This document shows positions 1 to 8,783 of a stretch of 64,000 nucleotides of DNA, one piece after another. A program made the position numbers and the translations under genes. This stretch comes from a candidate division FCPU426 bacterium. Lineage in GTDB: Bacteria; Oederibacteriota; Muellerivitia; Muellerivitales; Muellerivitaceae. Location: the NCBI GenBank assembly GCA_963771075.1, contig CAVYSE010000001.1:32001-96000 (forward strand), read 5' to 3'. The notes under the pieces were generated by a model. It did not search any database. It was not told the DNA's origin and saw only the letters and a program-made list of their open reading frames with translations. Positions within the stretch are counted from its first letter, which is position 1, and every line of letters begins with the position of its first letter.

Positions 1-2
1 CG

Positions 3-1853
3 GATTTTTCCACCAACCGGCGGGTTCTCTTCATTTCGGCCATTGCTTTAGTGGTCGGTTCGATCTGTTCCCTCATTGCGGTGCTTCTCCTGAAGACCAT
101 TTATTTTTTCACGAACTTATTTTTCTACCAGCAATTTTCCCTTGCCTTCCGATCCCCCGCCGACAACCACTTGGGGTGGCTGGTCATACTGGTCCCCGTT
201 TTGGGTGGACTGTTGATCGGGTTCATGGCCCGGTATGGATCGGACCGGATCCGTGGACACGGCATTCCGGAAGCCTTGGAGGCGATTCTTTTTAACAAGA
301 GCCTCATGGACCCCCGCTTGGCCGTGATCAAGCCCCTTTCAGCGGCCATCTCCATCGGTTCCGGGGGGCCCTTTGGGGCGGAAGGTCCTATCATCATGAC
401 GGGTGGGGCTTTCGGTTCCATCATCGCCCAGGTTTTCCATCTTACGGCGGTCGAGCGGCGAACCCTGCTGGTGGCGGGGGCCGCCGCGGGCATGTCCGCT
501 ACCTTCGCCACCCCGGTCGCGGCGGTGCTTTTGGCGGTCGAGCTTTTACTTTTTGAATGGAAGCCCCGGAGCCTGGTTCCCGTCGCCCTGGCAAGCGCGG
601 TGGCGGCCGCCATCCGTCCGCTGGTGTTGGGGGCGGGACCCCTCTTTCCCATGCCGCCCCAGGGTCCATTGCCTTTCCAAGACTTGGGGTGGGCCGTTTT
701 CGTGGGCCTCATCGCCGGATTATTCGCGACCTTGGTAACGGGAGCGGTTTATAAGTTCGAGGATTTATTTCAAAAGCTTTCGATTCATTGGATGTGGTGG
801 CCGGCCATGGGAGGATTGGCCATTGGGTTGGGTGGGTATTTCCAGCCCCGTGCCTTGGGCGTGGGATATGACGTCATCGCGAATTTCTTGAGGGGAAACA
901 TGGCCCTCAGCGCCGTGATTACGCTTGTTTTGGTGAAGGGCTTGATCTGGTCCTTCTCACTCGGGTCGGGGACTTCCGGGGGCGTGCTAGCGCCCTTGCT
1001 GATGATGGGGAGCGGATTGGGGTTAGTGGAAGCTTCCTTTCTCCCGCCGGATTCCGCGTCTTTATGGCCCTTGGTGAGCATGGCCGCCCTATTGGGGGGT
1101 GTGATGCGGTCGCCCTTTACGGCGATTCTTTTCGGCCTCGAATTGACCCACGATCAAGATGCTCTCCTCCCCCTATTGATCGCCACCATGGCCGCCCACC
1201 TGTTTACGGTGCTGGTCATGAAAAGATCAATCCTTACCGAGAAGGTGGCCCGCCGGGGATTCCATATTTTCAGGGAATATTCCGTGGATGTCCTGGAAAG
1301 GGTTCACGTGGAGGATGTGATGACCCGGGAGGTCGTATCCATTCCGGCCCGGATGAAAGTGAGGGAAGTGGTCCTGAAATACTTCGCCGACGGCCGGAAG
1401 CAAAGGGGTTACCCCCTGGTGGACGGACGGCGCCAATTGGTGGGGGTCATCACCTCATCCGATCTATTGATCCGATCCTCCATCGCTGAAATCGAGAATC
1501 AGCCGGTGAGGGATTTAATCGCAAAGAAGCCCATCGTGGCCTACCCGGATGAGAATTGCCGGGATATAGCGGCCCGCATGGCCGCCGAAGCGGTCGGCCG
1601 CCTGCCGGTGGTGGAAAGGGACCATCCCCGGAAAATGGTCGGGATTATATCCCGAAGCGATCTTTTCAAGCCTTCGGTGAAATACCTTGAGGAATATGAC
1701 GTGAGGGAAGCCTACCTTTTGAGGCAAACAAAAAAACAAGTTGAAAAAAACGACAAAGTTATCCCCTTCCCGTTAGAAAATTTAAATTTATCCTCAGTTC
1801 GCGGGGGGAAAAAGGCCGAGAGAAACTTAATTTCAGTTCCGCGCTCCAGATAA
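3..1853 (+). CDS. ClC-family chloride channel/transporter with C-terminal CBS pair; 5' end probably upstream of the window
   Basis: GHGIPE, GAEGP and GGVLAP ClC motifs plus two CBS domains. The frame is open from base 3 (DFSTNRRVLFIS). Confidence 0.93.
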   Translation, partial: DFSTNRRVLFISAIALVVGSICSLIAVLLLKTIYFFTNLFFYQQFSLAFRSPADNHLGWLVILVPVLGGLLIGFMARYGSDRIRGHGIPEALEAILFNKSLMDPRLAVIKPLSAAISIGSGGPFGAEGPIIMTGGAFGSIIAQVFHLTAVERRTLLVAGAAAGMSATFATPVAAVLLAVELLLFEWKPRSLVPVALASAVAAAIRPLVLGAGPLFPMPPQGPLPFQDLGWAVFVGLIAGLFATLVTGAVYKFEDLFQKLSIHWMWWPAMGGLAIGLGGYFQPRALGVGYDVIANFLRGNMALSAVITLVLVKGLIWSFSLGSGTSGGVLAPLLMMGSGLGLVEASFLPPDSASLWPLVSMAALLGGVMRSPFTAILFGLELTHDQDALLPLLIATMAAHLFTVLVMKRSILTEKVARRGFHIFREYSVDVLERVHVEDVMTREVVSIPARMKVREVVLKYFADGRKQRGYPLVDGRRQLVGVITSSDLLIRSSIAEIENQPVRDLIAKKPIVAYPDENCRDIAARMAAEAVGRLPVVERDHPRKMVGIISRSDLFKPSVKYLEEYDVREAYLLRQTKKQVEKNDKVIPFPLENLNLSSVRGGKKAERNLISVPRSR

Positions 1854-1983
1854 TAAAGCGGTTGATGATTATTTTACGGATAAATTTCCACAAGGCCCCA
1901 GGCCCGAAGGACCCGGCCGGTTGGGAAATCGGGGTCAAGTTGGACGGCAAGGGCTAACCTTTTCAGTGTTGGCCAGGTGACTA

Positions 1984-1997
1984 GGCCCCTTGGTTCA
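1984..1997 (+). repeat. Cassette-boundary motif copy 1 (GGCCCCTTGGTTCA)
   Basis: Identical to 5365-5378; preceded by AGTGTTGGCC (1965-1974), as in the transposase right end. Confidence 0.65.
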
Positions 1998-2118
1998 TTA
2001 TTTCCTGTCTAAAACGAGGCTTCCAAGGAGGTACTTCGTACAAATTGTACGATGGAAAACAAATGGATTTTGGGCTTGGAAGCTCTTACCCCGCCTACCC
2101 CATAAAACAAGGGATTTG

Positions 2119-2390
2119 ATTGGCGGATACTCCGCAAATGAAAATAAGGGAATTTGGGGGTATCGGGATTGCTGCCCAGGCTCCGGACAAACCAACAGGT
2201 CTTGCTGCCAATTAGCCGTCGTCCGCCGACGTTTAATTTGCAGCAACAGCCCAAAATCGAGGTTTTAATTGTCGGATACTCCGACAATTAAAATAAGGGA
2301 AATCTGGGCATTCTTGAAAAATTCAAGAATTTGAATAAAACCCTTATTTTTGATGGGCGCCGGGCGCCCACTCATTTAAAGGGTTTTTGA
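2119..2390. repeat. Cluster of palindromes and an imperfect direct repeat
   Basis: Perfect 14-bp stem TTTTAATTGTCGGA-TAC-TCCGACAATTAAAA at 2263-2293. GGATACTCCG..AAAATAAGGGAA occurs twice. Further palindromes at 2311-2329 and ~2352-2372. Confidence 0.6.
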
Positions 2391-2636
2391 GGGGGTGTCG
2401 GTCCAGCGTCCAATTAACGGATTCGAATCGGCTACGCTCGCTCAATTTGAATTTGTCCCTCGATGAAGAATTGGACGCAAGAATCTGTCCGGTCGGTCAA
2501 ACTTGCCAAACATTGGCGGAATCCCTATTAGACCTTGGAAAATTTGGGGGAGAAATTGGCAGGTAGGGGCGGTCTATCCCGTCTAATTCGCCAAGTCTTG
2601 GCGACCACCCTGTGGTCAGACCCCTATGATCCGATT

Positions 2637-2861
2637 TTATCGAACGATGGCTTTCCCCGTCATAACCTGGATTTTATTCGTTTTGCCCTGGCCCCCGCTC
2701 TTGGGCTGGAAGGGGGGTGTTTTTAGTTTTCCCTTAGTTTCCCCTTTCATCGGGCCCGAATAGGGGGGGCGGGTGTGTTTACGCTTTTGAACCGTCTGGG
2801 CCCAGCTTGCCGACGCCGCCAAGAAAACCACGGCCATCGCAATCGTTAATAATTTCCTCAT
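2637..2861 (-). CDS. Small secreted basic protein
   Basis: AAGGAGG RBS and signal peptide MRKLLTIAMAVVFLAASASWAQ. Confidence 0.6.
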   Translation of the reverse strand: MRKLLTIAMAVVFLAASASWAQTVQKRKHTRPPYSGPMKGETKGKLKTPPFQPKSGGQGKTNKIQVMTGKAIVR

Positions 2862-2876
2862 GAAAACCTCCTTGAT

Positions 2877-4064
2877 TTACGGTTGCCAATCCTTGAATTC
2901 CTTCACTAGGCAATTTCCGTTATCCGCCACGAATAAGTCATCGGTCGTATCCATTGACAAATCGGCAGGTTCAAAAAAACCGTCGATTTCCCCCAGGTAC
3001 TGCCCTTGGACTGAGGCATAAACCACACGGTTCTTTTGGATGTCAGACAGGAAAAGATTGCCTTGGGTGTCCACCGCGACACCGTAAATAAAACCCATGG
3101 GAATCGTCCATGTCGATCCACTGAAGGAATTCGCGAATTGATACTGGGGAGTGAATTTAAAAATGCCCACATTATCCGAACTATCCACACCGGAAGCATA
3201 AAGATTTCCGCCCGCGTCGATCGCCATGGTACAGGGGTAATAAGACCCGGGTGTGGTCTGGTTGAGGATGGAGTCGTCCTCCCAGGCAAGGTTCACGATC
3301 GTTCCGGCGGAAAAATTAGCGACTACCAGGTTACCCTGGGCGTCGATCTTGACGCCGGTGGGTTTTTGGTAATTCCCCTGGCCAGTCCAGGTGTAGTCGT
3401 AAACGGCCCCCTGGGGGCCCAGGTAATAACCCAATACACCGGTTAGTGACGCGGCGATATAAAGTTCACCGTAGGAATCAATGGCTAAGTCGCTAGGATC
3501 GATGGTTGGGATGTCGTAAAGAAATTGGTTGTTCATGTCGAAAATCTGGACGTCGGTGTGACCGTCGCTGACAGCGATATAACCGGCTCCCACCGCGACC
3601 GCCGCGGGGCAGTTAACGGAAAGAGCAGTGACGGTCGGTGTGACCGTCGTCGTGCTGGTGAAAGTGCTTGTGTCGGTCACATGGAACCTTTGGGTGAAAG
3701 TCGGGGTTGCCGTTAGAGTGTAGGTATTTGTGGGGGTGGGGCTTGCGGTAGGCGAAGGCGACGTCGAGGGGGTCGGGATAACGGTATTCGTGCCCGTGGG
3801 TAGGGGTGTGGCGAGAACCACGATGGTTACGGGCGTGGCGGTAGGCAAAAAGGTTGAGGTGGAGACCGGGGTGGTGGTGTGGGTGGCTGTTAAGGTGGCA
3901 GTCAGCGTGCCCGATGGAAAGGTCGGGGTGTAGGTCGGCGTAACCAGAACCGTTACGGGGGCAGGCGCTGCAGGCGTGGGATTCGAACCGCATGCGATCG
4001 GGGAAAATACCACACAAGCTAAAAACAGCAGGCAGGACAATAAAAGATAATAGGTGCGGTTCAA
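2877..4064 (-). CDS. Secreted or lipoprotein with Thr/Pro linker and NHL-repeat beta-propeller
   Basis: Signal peptide with Cys, TPT-rich region, and repeated P.xxxxD..GNL.V.D NHL motifs. Confidence 0.8.
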   Translation of the reverse strand: MNRTYYLLLSCLLFLACVVFSPIACGSNPTPAAPAPVTVLVTPTYTPTFPSGTLTATLTATHTTTPVSTSTFLPTATPVTIVVLATPLPTGTNTVIPTPSTSPSPTASPTPTNTYTLTATPTFTQRFHVTDTSTFTSTTTVTPTVTALSVNCPAAVAVGAGYIAVSDGHTDVQIFDMNNQFLYDIPTIDPSDLAIDSYGELYIAASLTGVLGYYLGPQGAVYDYTWTGQGNYQKPTGVKIDAQGNLVVANFSAGTIVNLAWEDDSILNQTTPGSYYPCTMAIDAGGNLYASGVDSSDNVGIFKFTPQYQFANSFSGSTWTIPMGFIYGVAVDTQGNLFLSDIQKNRVVYASVQGQYLGEIDGFFEPADLSMDTTDDLFVADNGNCLVKEFKDWQP

Positions 4065-4505
4065 GGAAGGCCTCCGAAATTGCGTTAAATTCCGGATGGC
4101 CGATGATGAGCGGCACGGGACATTCCGCTCCCCAGCGAACGGAGGATATCTTATCCAATGGGCGGGTATTTAGAAGCCTTATAAGGGTGAAACGGTGGGT
4201 TTTAACAATGAGGACATATGAAAATTCACGACGTGTTAATTGTTTGCAAGGCCCCTTAATTCAGAAGGGTTGTCAACTTGCCTTGAGGCTCGCGAAGGGC
4301 TGCGAACTGCGAACTGTCGACTGCCACTTAGCACGAACCTATTGACCAATCACTCACCCACAAGGTGGGTGATGATGTTAGTGATGCCAACTGATAACAG
4401 TTGGTACAAGGTGAGTGCGAGGTTTAGTAGCCCCAATTGAAATGGACAATTGGGGGGGACTGCCATTTCGGTGCGATAATGATTCGGAGAGGGAAGAAAG
4501 GCCAA

Positions 4506-4538
4506 AAGTGTTAAATGTGTTGGCTCGGCCCTGGTTCA
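4506..4538 (+). repeat. Cassette-boundary motif copy 2; degenerate copy of the Y1 transposase end
   Basis: AAGTGTTAAATGTGTTGGCTCGGCCCTGGTTCA versus the reverse complement of the left IR, AAGTGTTATGTGTTGGCCTGACCC. Confidence 0.7.
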
Positions 4539-4559
4539 CAAATAACGTATAGTAAACGT

Positions 4560-4584
4560 TTATAAAAAATACTACTTTTTATAA
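4560..4584. promoter_or_regulatory. AT-rich inverted repeat upstream of the antitoxin gene; possible autoregulatory operator
   Basis: TTATAAAAA-ATACTAC-TTTTTATAA in the AT-rich region before the AbrB-type gene. Confidence 0.35.
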
Positions 4585-4646
4585 TAGTATTACTAATTGT
4601 AAAAGGTATACTTATATATGTAATCACACTATCTGGAGTTGAAATC

Positions 4647-4916
4647 ATGAAAACGACTGAAAACGCCCCAACAAGAACCGTTATTACGCCCAAAGGCCAA
4701 GTCGTCATTCCCGCGAAAATTCGGCGGCATCTAGGCATCAAGGGGAGTACCCAAGTCAGCATCTATGAAAGAAATGGCGAGATCTGCTTGATTCCGACCA
4801 CCCCTGAAACCATTGAAAACAACTTCGGGCTCCTCAAAGGCGGAAAAGGCAAGATGACCCAGGCTCTGCTTGAGGAAAGAAAGAAAGAACGCGAACGGGA
4901 GGATCTTAAATCTTGA
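4647..4916 (+). CDS. AbrB/MazE/SpoVT-family antitoxin
   Basis: ITPKGQVVIPAKIRRHLGI swapped-hairpin motif; overlaps the PIN toxin gene. Confidence 0.9.
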   Translation: MKTTENAPTRTVITPKGQVVIPAKIRRHLGIKGSTQVSIYERNGEICLIPTTPETIENNFGLLKGGKGKMTQALLEERKKEREREDLKS

Positions 4917-5311
4917 AACGCTATGTTCTGGATAGTTATGCCCTTATCGCTTATTTCAACGGCGAGGAGGCGGGTAAGAGCGTCACCGAAATACTGAAAA
5001 AAACGCTAGAGGATAACGTTGAAGCCTATATGAGTGTTGTCAATTGGGGGGAACTGTACTACATCACCCATAGGGAACAGGGGCCGGTTCAAGCCGAAAC
5101 TTGCCTTAAAGTCCTGGGTGAATATCCCGTGGAAATCGTGGATGCCAACCAAGCTTTAACTTTGGATGCGGCCAAGTTCAAGGCCGATCACAAAATGTCT
5201 TATGCGGATGCCTTCGCGGCGGCGCTGGCCAAACAAAAAAAGGCCGAACTGGTAACCGGGGATCCGGAATTTAAAGTTTTGGAGAAAGATATAAAAATAA
5301 TTTGGATTTAA
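4913..5311 (+). CDS. vapC: VapC PIN-domain toxin
   Basis: YVLDSYAL, ELYY, SYADAF and LVTGD PIN motifs. Confidence 0.9.
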   Translation: MKRYVLDSYALIAYFNGEEAGKSVTEILKKTLEDNVEAYMSVVNWGELYYITHREQGPVQAETCLKVLGEYPVEIVDANQALTLDAAKFKADHKMSYADAFAAALAKQKKAELVTGDPEFKVLEKDIKIIWI

Positions 5312-5364
5312 TTTTGTTATTAAGATCACTTCCGTTAAACAGGATAAAGGTTGAGCTTAGGCTT

Positions 5365-5378
5365 GGCCCCTTGGTTCA
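5365..5378 (+). repeat. Cassette-boundary motif copy 3 (GGCCCCTTGGTTCA)
   Basis: Lies between vapC and the MNT gene; identical to 1984-1997. Confidence 0.65.
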
Positions 5379-5491
5379 TGCAGATGGTGGTGGAATTAAC
5401 AAGGGGGATAGATGTTTTCGGGTAGTAGTGTGAGGACTATAATGGGCCCAATTCTGGGTAGCCTATTCGCCGAAAATCTTGAGGTAATGCC

Positions 5492-5815
5492 GTGGGAATC
5501 AATGAGGATGTCGTTAAAAAAATAGTCAGACGAATTCTCAAGGTTTATAAAGCCGACAAGATTATTTTGTTTGGTTCCGCCGCCACAAACCGCATGAACC
5601 CGGATAGTGACATCGATTTATTAATCGTCAGCAAGGGTGTTAAGGACGCGCTCACCGAAAGCGTCAGGATCGACACCGCTTTAGGCGGCTTGGGTTATCC
5701 TTTCGATGTCATCGTCATGCCCCTTGAGAGGTTCGAGGAAACCAAGAACCATATCGGCGGCCTTGCCTACCCCGCCAACAAGTACGGCAAAGTCATTTAT
5801 GCCAAAACCGCCTGA
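5492..5815 (+). CDS. Minimal nucleotidyltransferase (MNT) antitoxin
   Basis: IILFGSAA...DSDIDLLIV pol-beta motif; 107 aa. Confidence 0.9.
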   Translation: MGINEDVVKKIVRRILKVYKADKIILFGSAATNRMNPDSDIDLLIVSKGVKDALTESVRIDTALGGLGYPFDVIVMPLERFEETKNHIGGLAYPANKYGKVIYAKTA

Positions 5816-6218
5816 CCGGGTCACGCAAAAGCTTGTCAATGAATGGCTTCAGAAGGCTGACCCCGATCTCCGCCTAGCGGAATTCCTCCTGGCCGAAAAC
5901 GCCCCCTTTTGGGATGCCATCGCCTACCATTGCCAACAAGCCGTTGAAAAATACTTAAAAGCCTTCCTGGTCAGCCGCCAAATAGAATTTCCAAAAACCC
6001 ATAACATCCGTGAATTGTTGGGGTTCGTCGCGAGTACCGGTTAGAAGCTGGCTCTTGACCTGAAGCCAACTGCGATTTTGACCCCCTATGGGTTTTTGGT
6101 TCGATATCCAGATGACGCCCAGCGCGTCGATCCAAAGAAGGCGGAAATGGCTTAAGGCTTGGCCCAAAAGGCCGAGAAAAGCGTTAAAAAGAAATTGAGG
6201 AATTTTTTTAAACACTGA
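5799..6218 (+). pseudogene. HEPN-domain protein with two in-frame stops
   Basis: YHCQQAVEKYLKAFL, FPKTHNI and, after read-through, RYP. TAG at 6042-6044 and TAA at 6153-6155. Confidence 0.85.
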
Positions 6219-6228
6219 ATGTTATATT

Positions 6229-6240
6229 GCCCCTTGGTTC
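6229..6240 (+). repeat. Cassette-boundary motif copy 4 (GCCCCTTGGTTC)
   Basis: Starts 10 bp after the HEPN stop and precedes the next gene. Confidence 0.6.
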
Positions 6241-6284
6241 GGGTTTGATAATGGGGGGACAGGGGAGAGTCTGGAGACATATCG

Positions 6285-7478
6285 ATGGTTCGAATTTATT
6301 TCGTATTAGTTTCCATCCTGCTTTTATTGGCCATCTTTGGGGCATTTTTCTACATCACCAAGATAAATAAACTCCCCCCGCCTGCCCCCGGGGTCTCCCA
6401 AAAGGTTCTCGCACCTCTAGCGTCACCCACCCCTGCCCGAAAGGAGAAAAGGGGCCCGAAAAAAGTGACCGAAAACCATGTGCGAATCCACACTCCAAAG
6501 GCGGTTTGGCACATCAAGAATAATTTAACCCCGACGCCAACCTCCGCCGTTGAAAGAGGCTCGGCGGATGCCAATAAAATCACTTTTGAACCGACTATGA
6601 TTCCATCTAAGAATATTCCCGAAGGTATGCCATGTCCCGCTCCGTTCATTTATCCATTGCCCCCGGGAGCTCAGGCTCTCCTACCGGAAAAAGCCCAGGT
6701 AATTAGTGACGGGTGGATAAACTTCCCGCGGAGGGAAAAAGAACTTTATGTTAGTTGTACGGTTATTGACCATATGAAGTATTGCTATTCAATCAATATC
6801 TTTTCCGCTCAAGGTGATCATTACGGTCTTGTTTTTCAAAAAGAGTTTTGCAGTATGGGTTTGGGTGAGCATTATTGCCAGCCCAATCCCAAAGACCCCA
6901 CGCTGCTTCTACTTGTTAATCAACTCCCTGTATCGCAGGAAAAAACTTTGGAAATTTATCGATGGGACAGTTCAGGGGTATCACAGATATTTACCGTCCC
7001 AAATTGGGGGGAACACCTGGCGGATCTCAACCATGATGGAGGCCGGCAAATCATTTGCATGAATCGATATGGTCCTGACAATATCCTAGCCTACCGGAAT
7101 GGGGAGATAGTCATCGCCAATTTTGATTACCCCGAAAATTACCATCAGGTAATACAGGAAATGGGTTTTGCCATTGACGATCCCGGCGTGCCGGACCATG
7201 AGAAGCTTTTTAAGGAAGAATACGGGGATTGGCTTCCGGCTTATTTATACGCAGGTCAGCTCCGCTACGGGCTCTATGTTGTCCAACAATTGCGGGAGAT
7301 CGCCAAAAGGTCCACCAATCCGGAAGACCAAAAGGCTCGAGGTAGGTTGGAGGAGAAATTCGAGCGGTTTGAATCGGAAGTAAAGATTCTCCAAGGGAGT
7401 GAAACAAAGAAAATAATGGAATTGAAAACCAAGATACCTTTGTTAGATAAGGCTTTGTCAAGGGACGAAGGGAATTGA
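6285..7478 (+). CDS. Membrane-anchored hypothetical protein with a DLNHDG (FG-GAP/EF-like) motif
   Basis: 397-aa ORF with an N-terminal TM helix, GGAG RBS and a TGATAAT -10-like site upstream. Confidence 0.7.
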   Translation: MVRIYFVLVSILLLLAIFGAFFYITKINKLPPPAPGVSQKVLAPLASPTPARKEKRGPKKVTENHVRIHTPKAVWHIKNNLTPTPTSAVERGSADANKITFEPTMIPSKNIPEGMPCPAPFIYPLPPGAQALLPEKAQVISDGWINFPRREKELYVSCTVIDHMKYCYSINIFSAQGDHYGLVFQKEFCSMGLGEHYCQPNPKDPTLLLLVNQLPVSQEKTLEIYRWDSSGVSQIFTVPNWGEHLADLNHDGGRQIICMNRYGPDNILAYRNGEIVIANFDYPENYHQVIQEMGFAIDDPGVPDHEKLFKEEYGDWLPAYLYAGQLRYGLYVVQQLREIAKRSTNPEDQKARGRLEEKFERFESEVKILQGSETKKIMELKTKIPLLDKALSRDEGN

Positions 7479-7561
7479 ACCGGGTGCGTTTAGAAAGTTT
7501 CCAAAATCCCGGTTGCGCGGCAGGTAAATTGAAACTGGTATAATCCTGGAATGGAAAAAAA

Positions 7562-8576
7562 GGGTCAGGCCAACACATAACACTTAAAAAACAATTCGGT
7601 ATTTGATAAGATTCTGCCATGCCCCGAGCAAAAAGAATCCATTACGAAGGCGCGGTTTATCACGTCACTTCCCGGGGGAATGAACGAAGAAAGATCGTGT
7701 TTGACGATTCAGACCGTGGTTTATTCCTAAAAATACTCGCCGAAGTCGTGGAAGAACATCACCTGCATTGTCATGCTTGGGTATTGATGGACAATCACTA
7801 TCATTTGTTGTTTGAAACCCCGGCCGCCAATCTTTCCACCGCCATGAAGCATTTAAATGGGCTTTATACCCAAAGGTTCAATCGAAAAAGACACCGAGTA
7901 GGACATTTGTTCCAAGGCCGGTTTAAGGCCATCCACGTCGACAAGGAAAGTTATTAGAAGGAATTGTGTAGGTATGCGGTCTTAAACCCGGTAAGGGCCA
8001 AAATGGCGAAGCATCCGAAAGAATGGAAATGGAGCCGTTATCGGCCTACGGCAGGTATTGAGAAGGCCCCGTCTTGGTTGGAAACGAAGTGGTTATTAGG
8101 ATTATTCGATAAAAGGTTAGATACGGCCCAAAAGGCCTATCGAGAGTTCGTGGACGATGGGCTCCAAGGGGGAACCAGCCCTTGGGATGAGTTGAGGCAT
8201 CAGGTTTATTTGGGGAAAGATGAATTTTTGGAAAAGATGAAGGGCCTGATATCGAAAAAAGAAAACATGGATATGCCGAAATACCAAAAGAAAATCATGC
8301 ATCCACCGGTGGAGAAGGTATTGGCGAAGGTGGCGGAAGTTTATGGCGTGAAGAAGGAAGCAATCATAAAAAGCCGAAAGAAGGGAAATGAAGTGAGGGA
8401 TGTAGCGATCTATTTGCTGAAGAAAACGGCTGGAATAAGCTCAAAAGAAACGGCGAAGGTGCTGGGGGTGAGTTCGTCGGCGATTGGGAACCGATGGGCG
8501 GTGATAAAAATGCGCATGGAGAAAGACCGGCAATTGGAGAAAATGATCCGTAAGTGTCAAGTGTTGGCCTGACCCC
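7562..8576 (+). mobile_element. Y1/RAYT-like transposase element with ~24-bp terminal inverted repeats
   Basis: Left GGGTCAGGCCAACACATAACACTT (7562-7585) and right AAGTGTCAAGTGTTGGCCTGACCCC (8552-8576) are near reverse complements. Confidence 0.8.
7619..8572 (+). pseudogene. REP-associated tyrosine (Y1 HUH) transposase with C-terminal DnaA_C-like HTH; in-frame TAG at 7955-7957
   Basis: YHVTSRGN, MDNHYHL (HUH), GHLFQGRF, RYAVLNPVRA (catalytic Tyr) and WKWS. The two ORFs share one frame. Confidence 0.88.
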
Positions 8577-8746
8577 ATTTTTTTTGTTTTTTTGCGAAAA
8601 CATCCAACCTCGAATACCATCGTCATTCTTTAGGATTAAATTCTCCCGGATGTTCTCCCAATGAAACCCCCGCCCGTTTTTTGAGTGCGGGCGCTACAAA
8701 ATGGTTCTTGCCACCCATTCAATGGATGGCGCCGATTTCTACTAAA

Positions 8747-8783
8747 GTTGCACACCATCCTTTTTGCGAGGGCCATGTGCAGG
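8747..8783. repeat. 37-bp CRISPR-type repeat, cas-distal copy
   Basis: Exact match to 12261-12297. Confidence 0.95.

Noticed and set aside
1984..6240. Classical integron attC sites
   Set aside because: No RYYYAAC...GTTRRRY boxes at the boundaries and no tyrosine recombinase gene.
8735..8750. ATTTCTACTAAAGTTG as a Cas12a repeat handle
   Set aside because: The GTAGA stem partner is missing, there is one copy only, and no cas12a is present.
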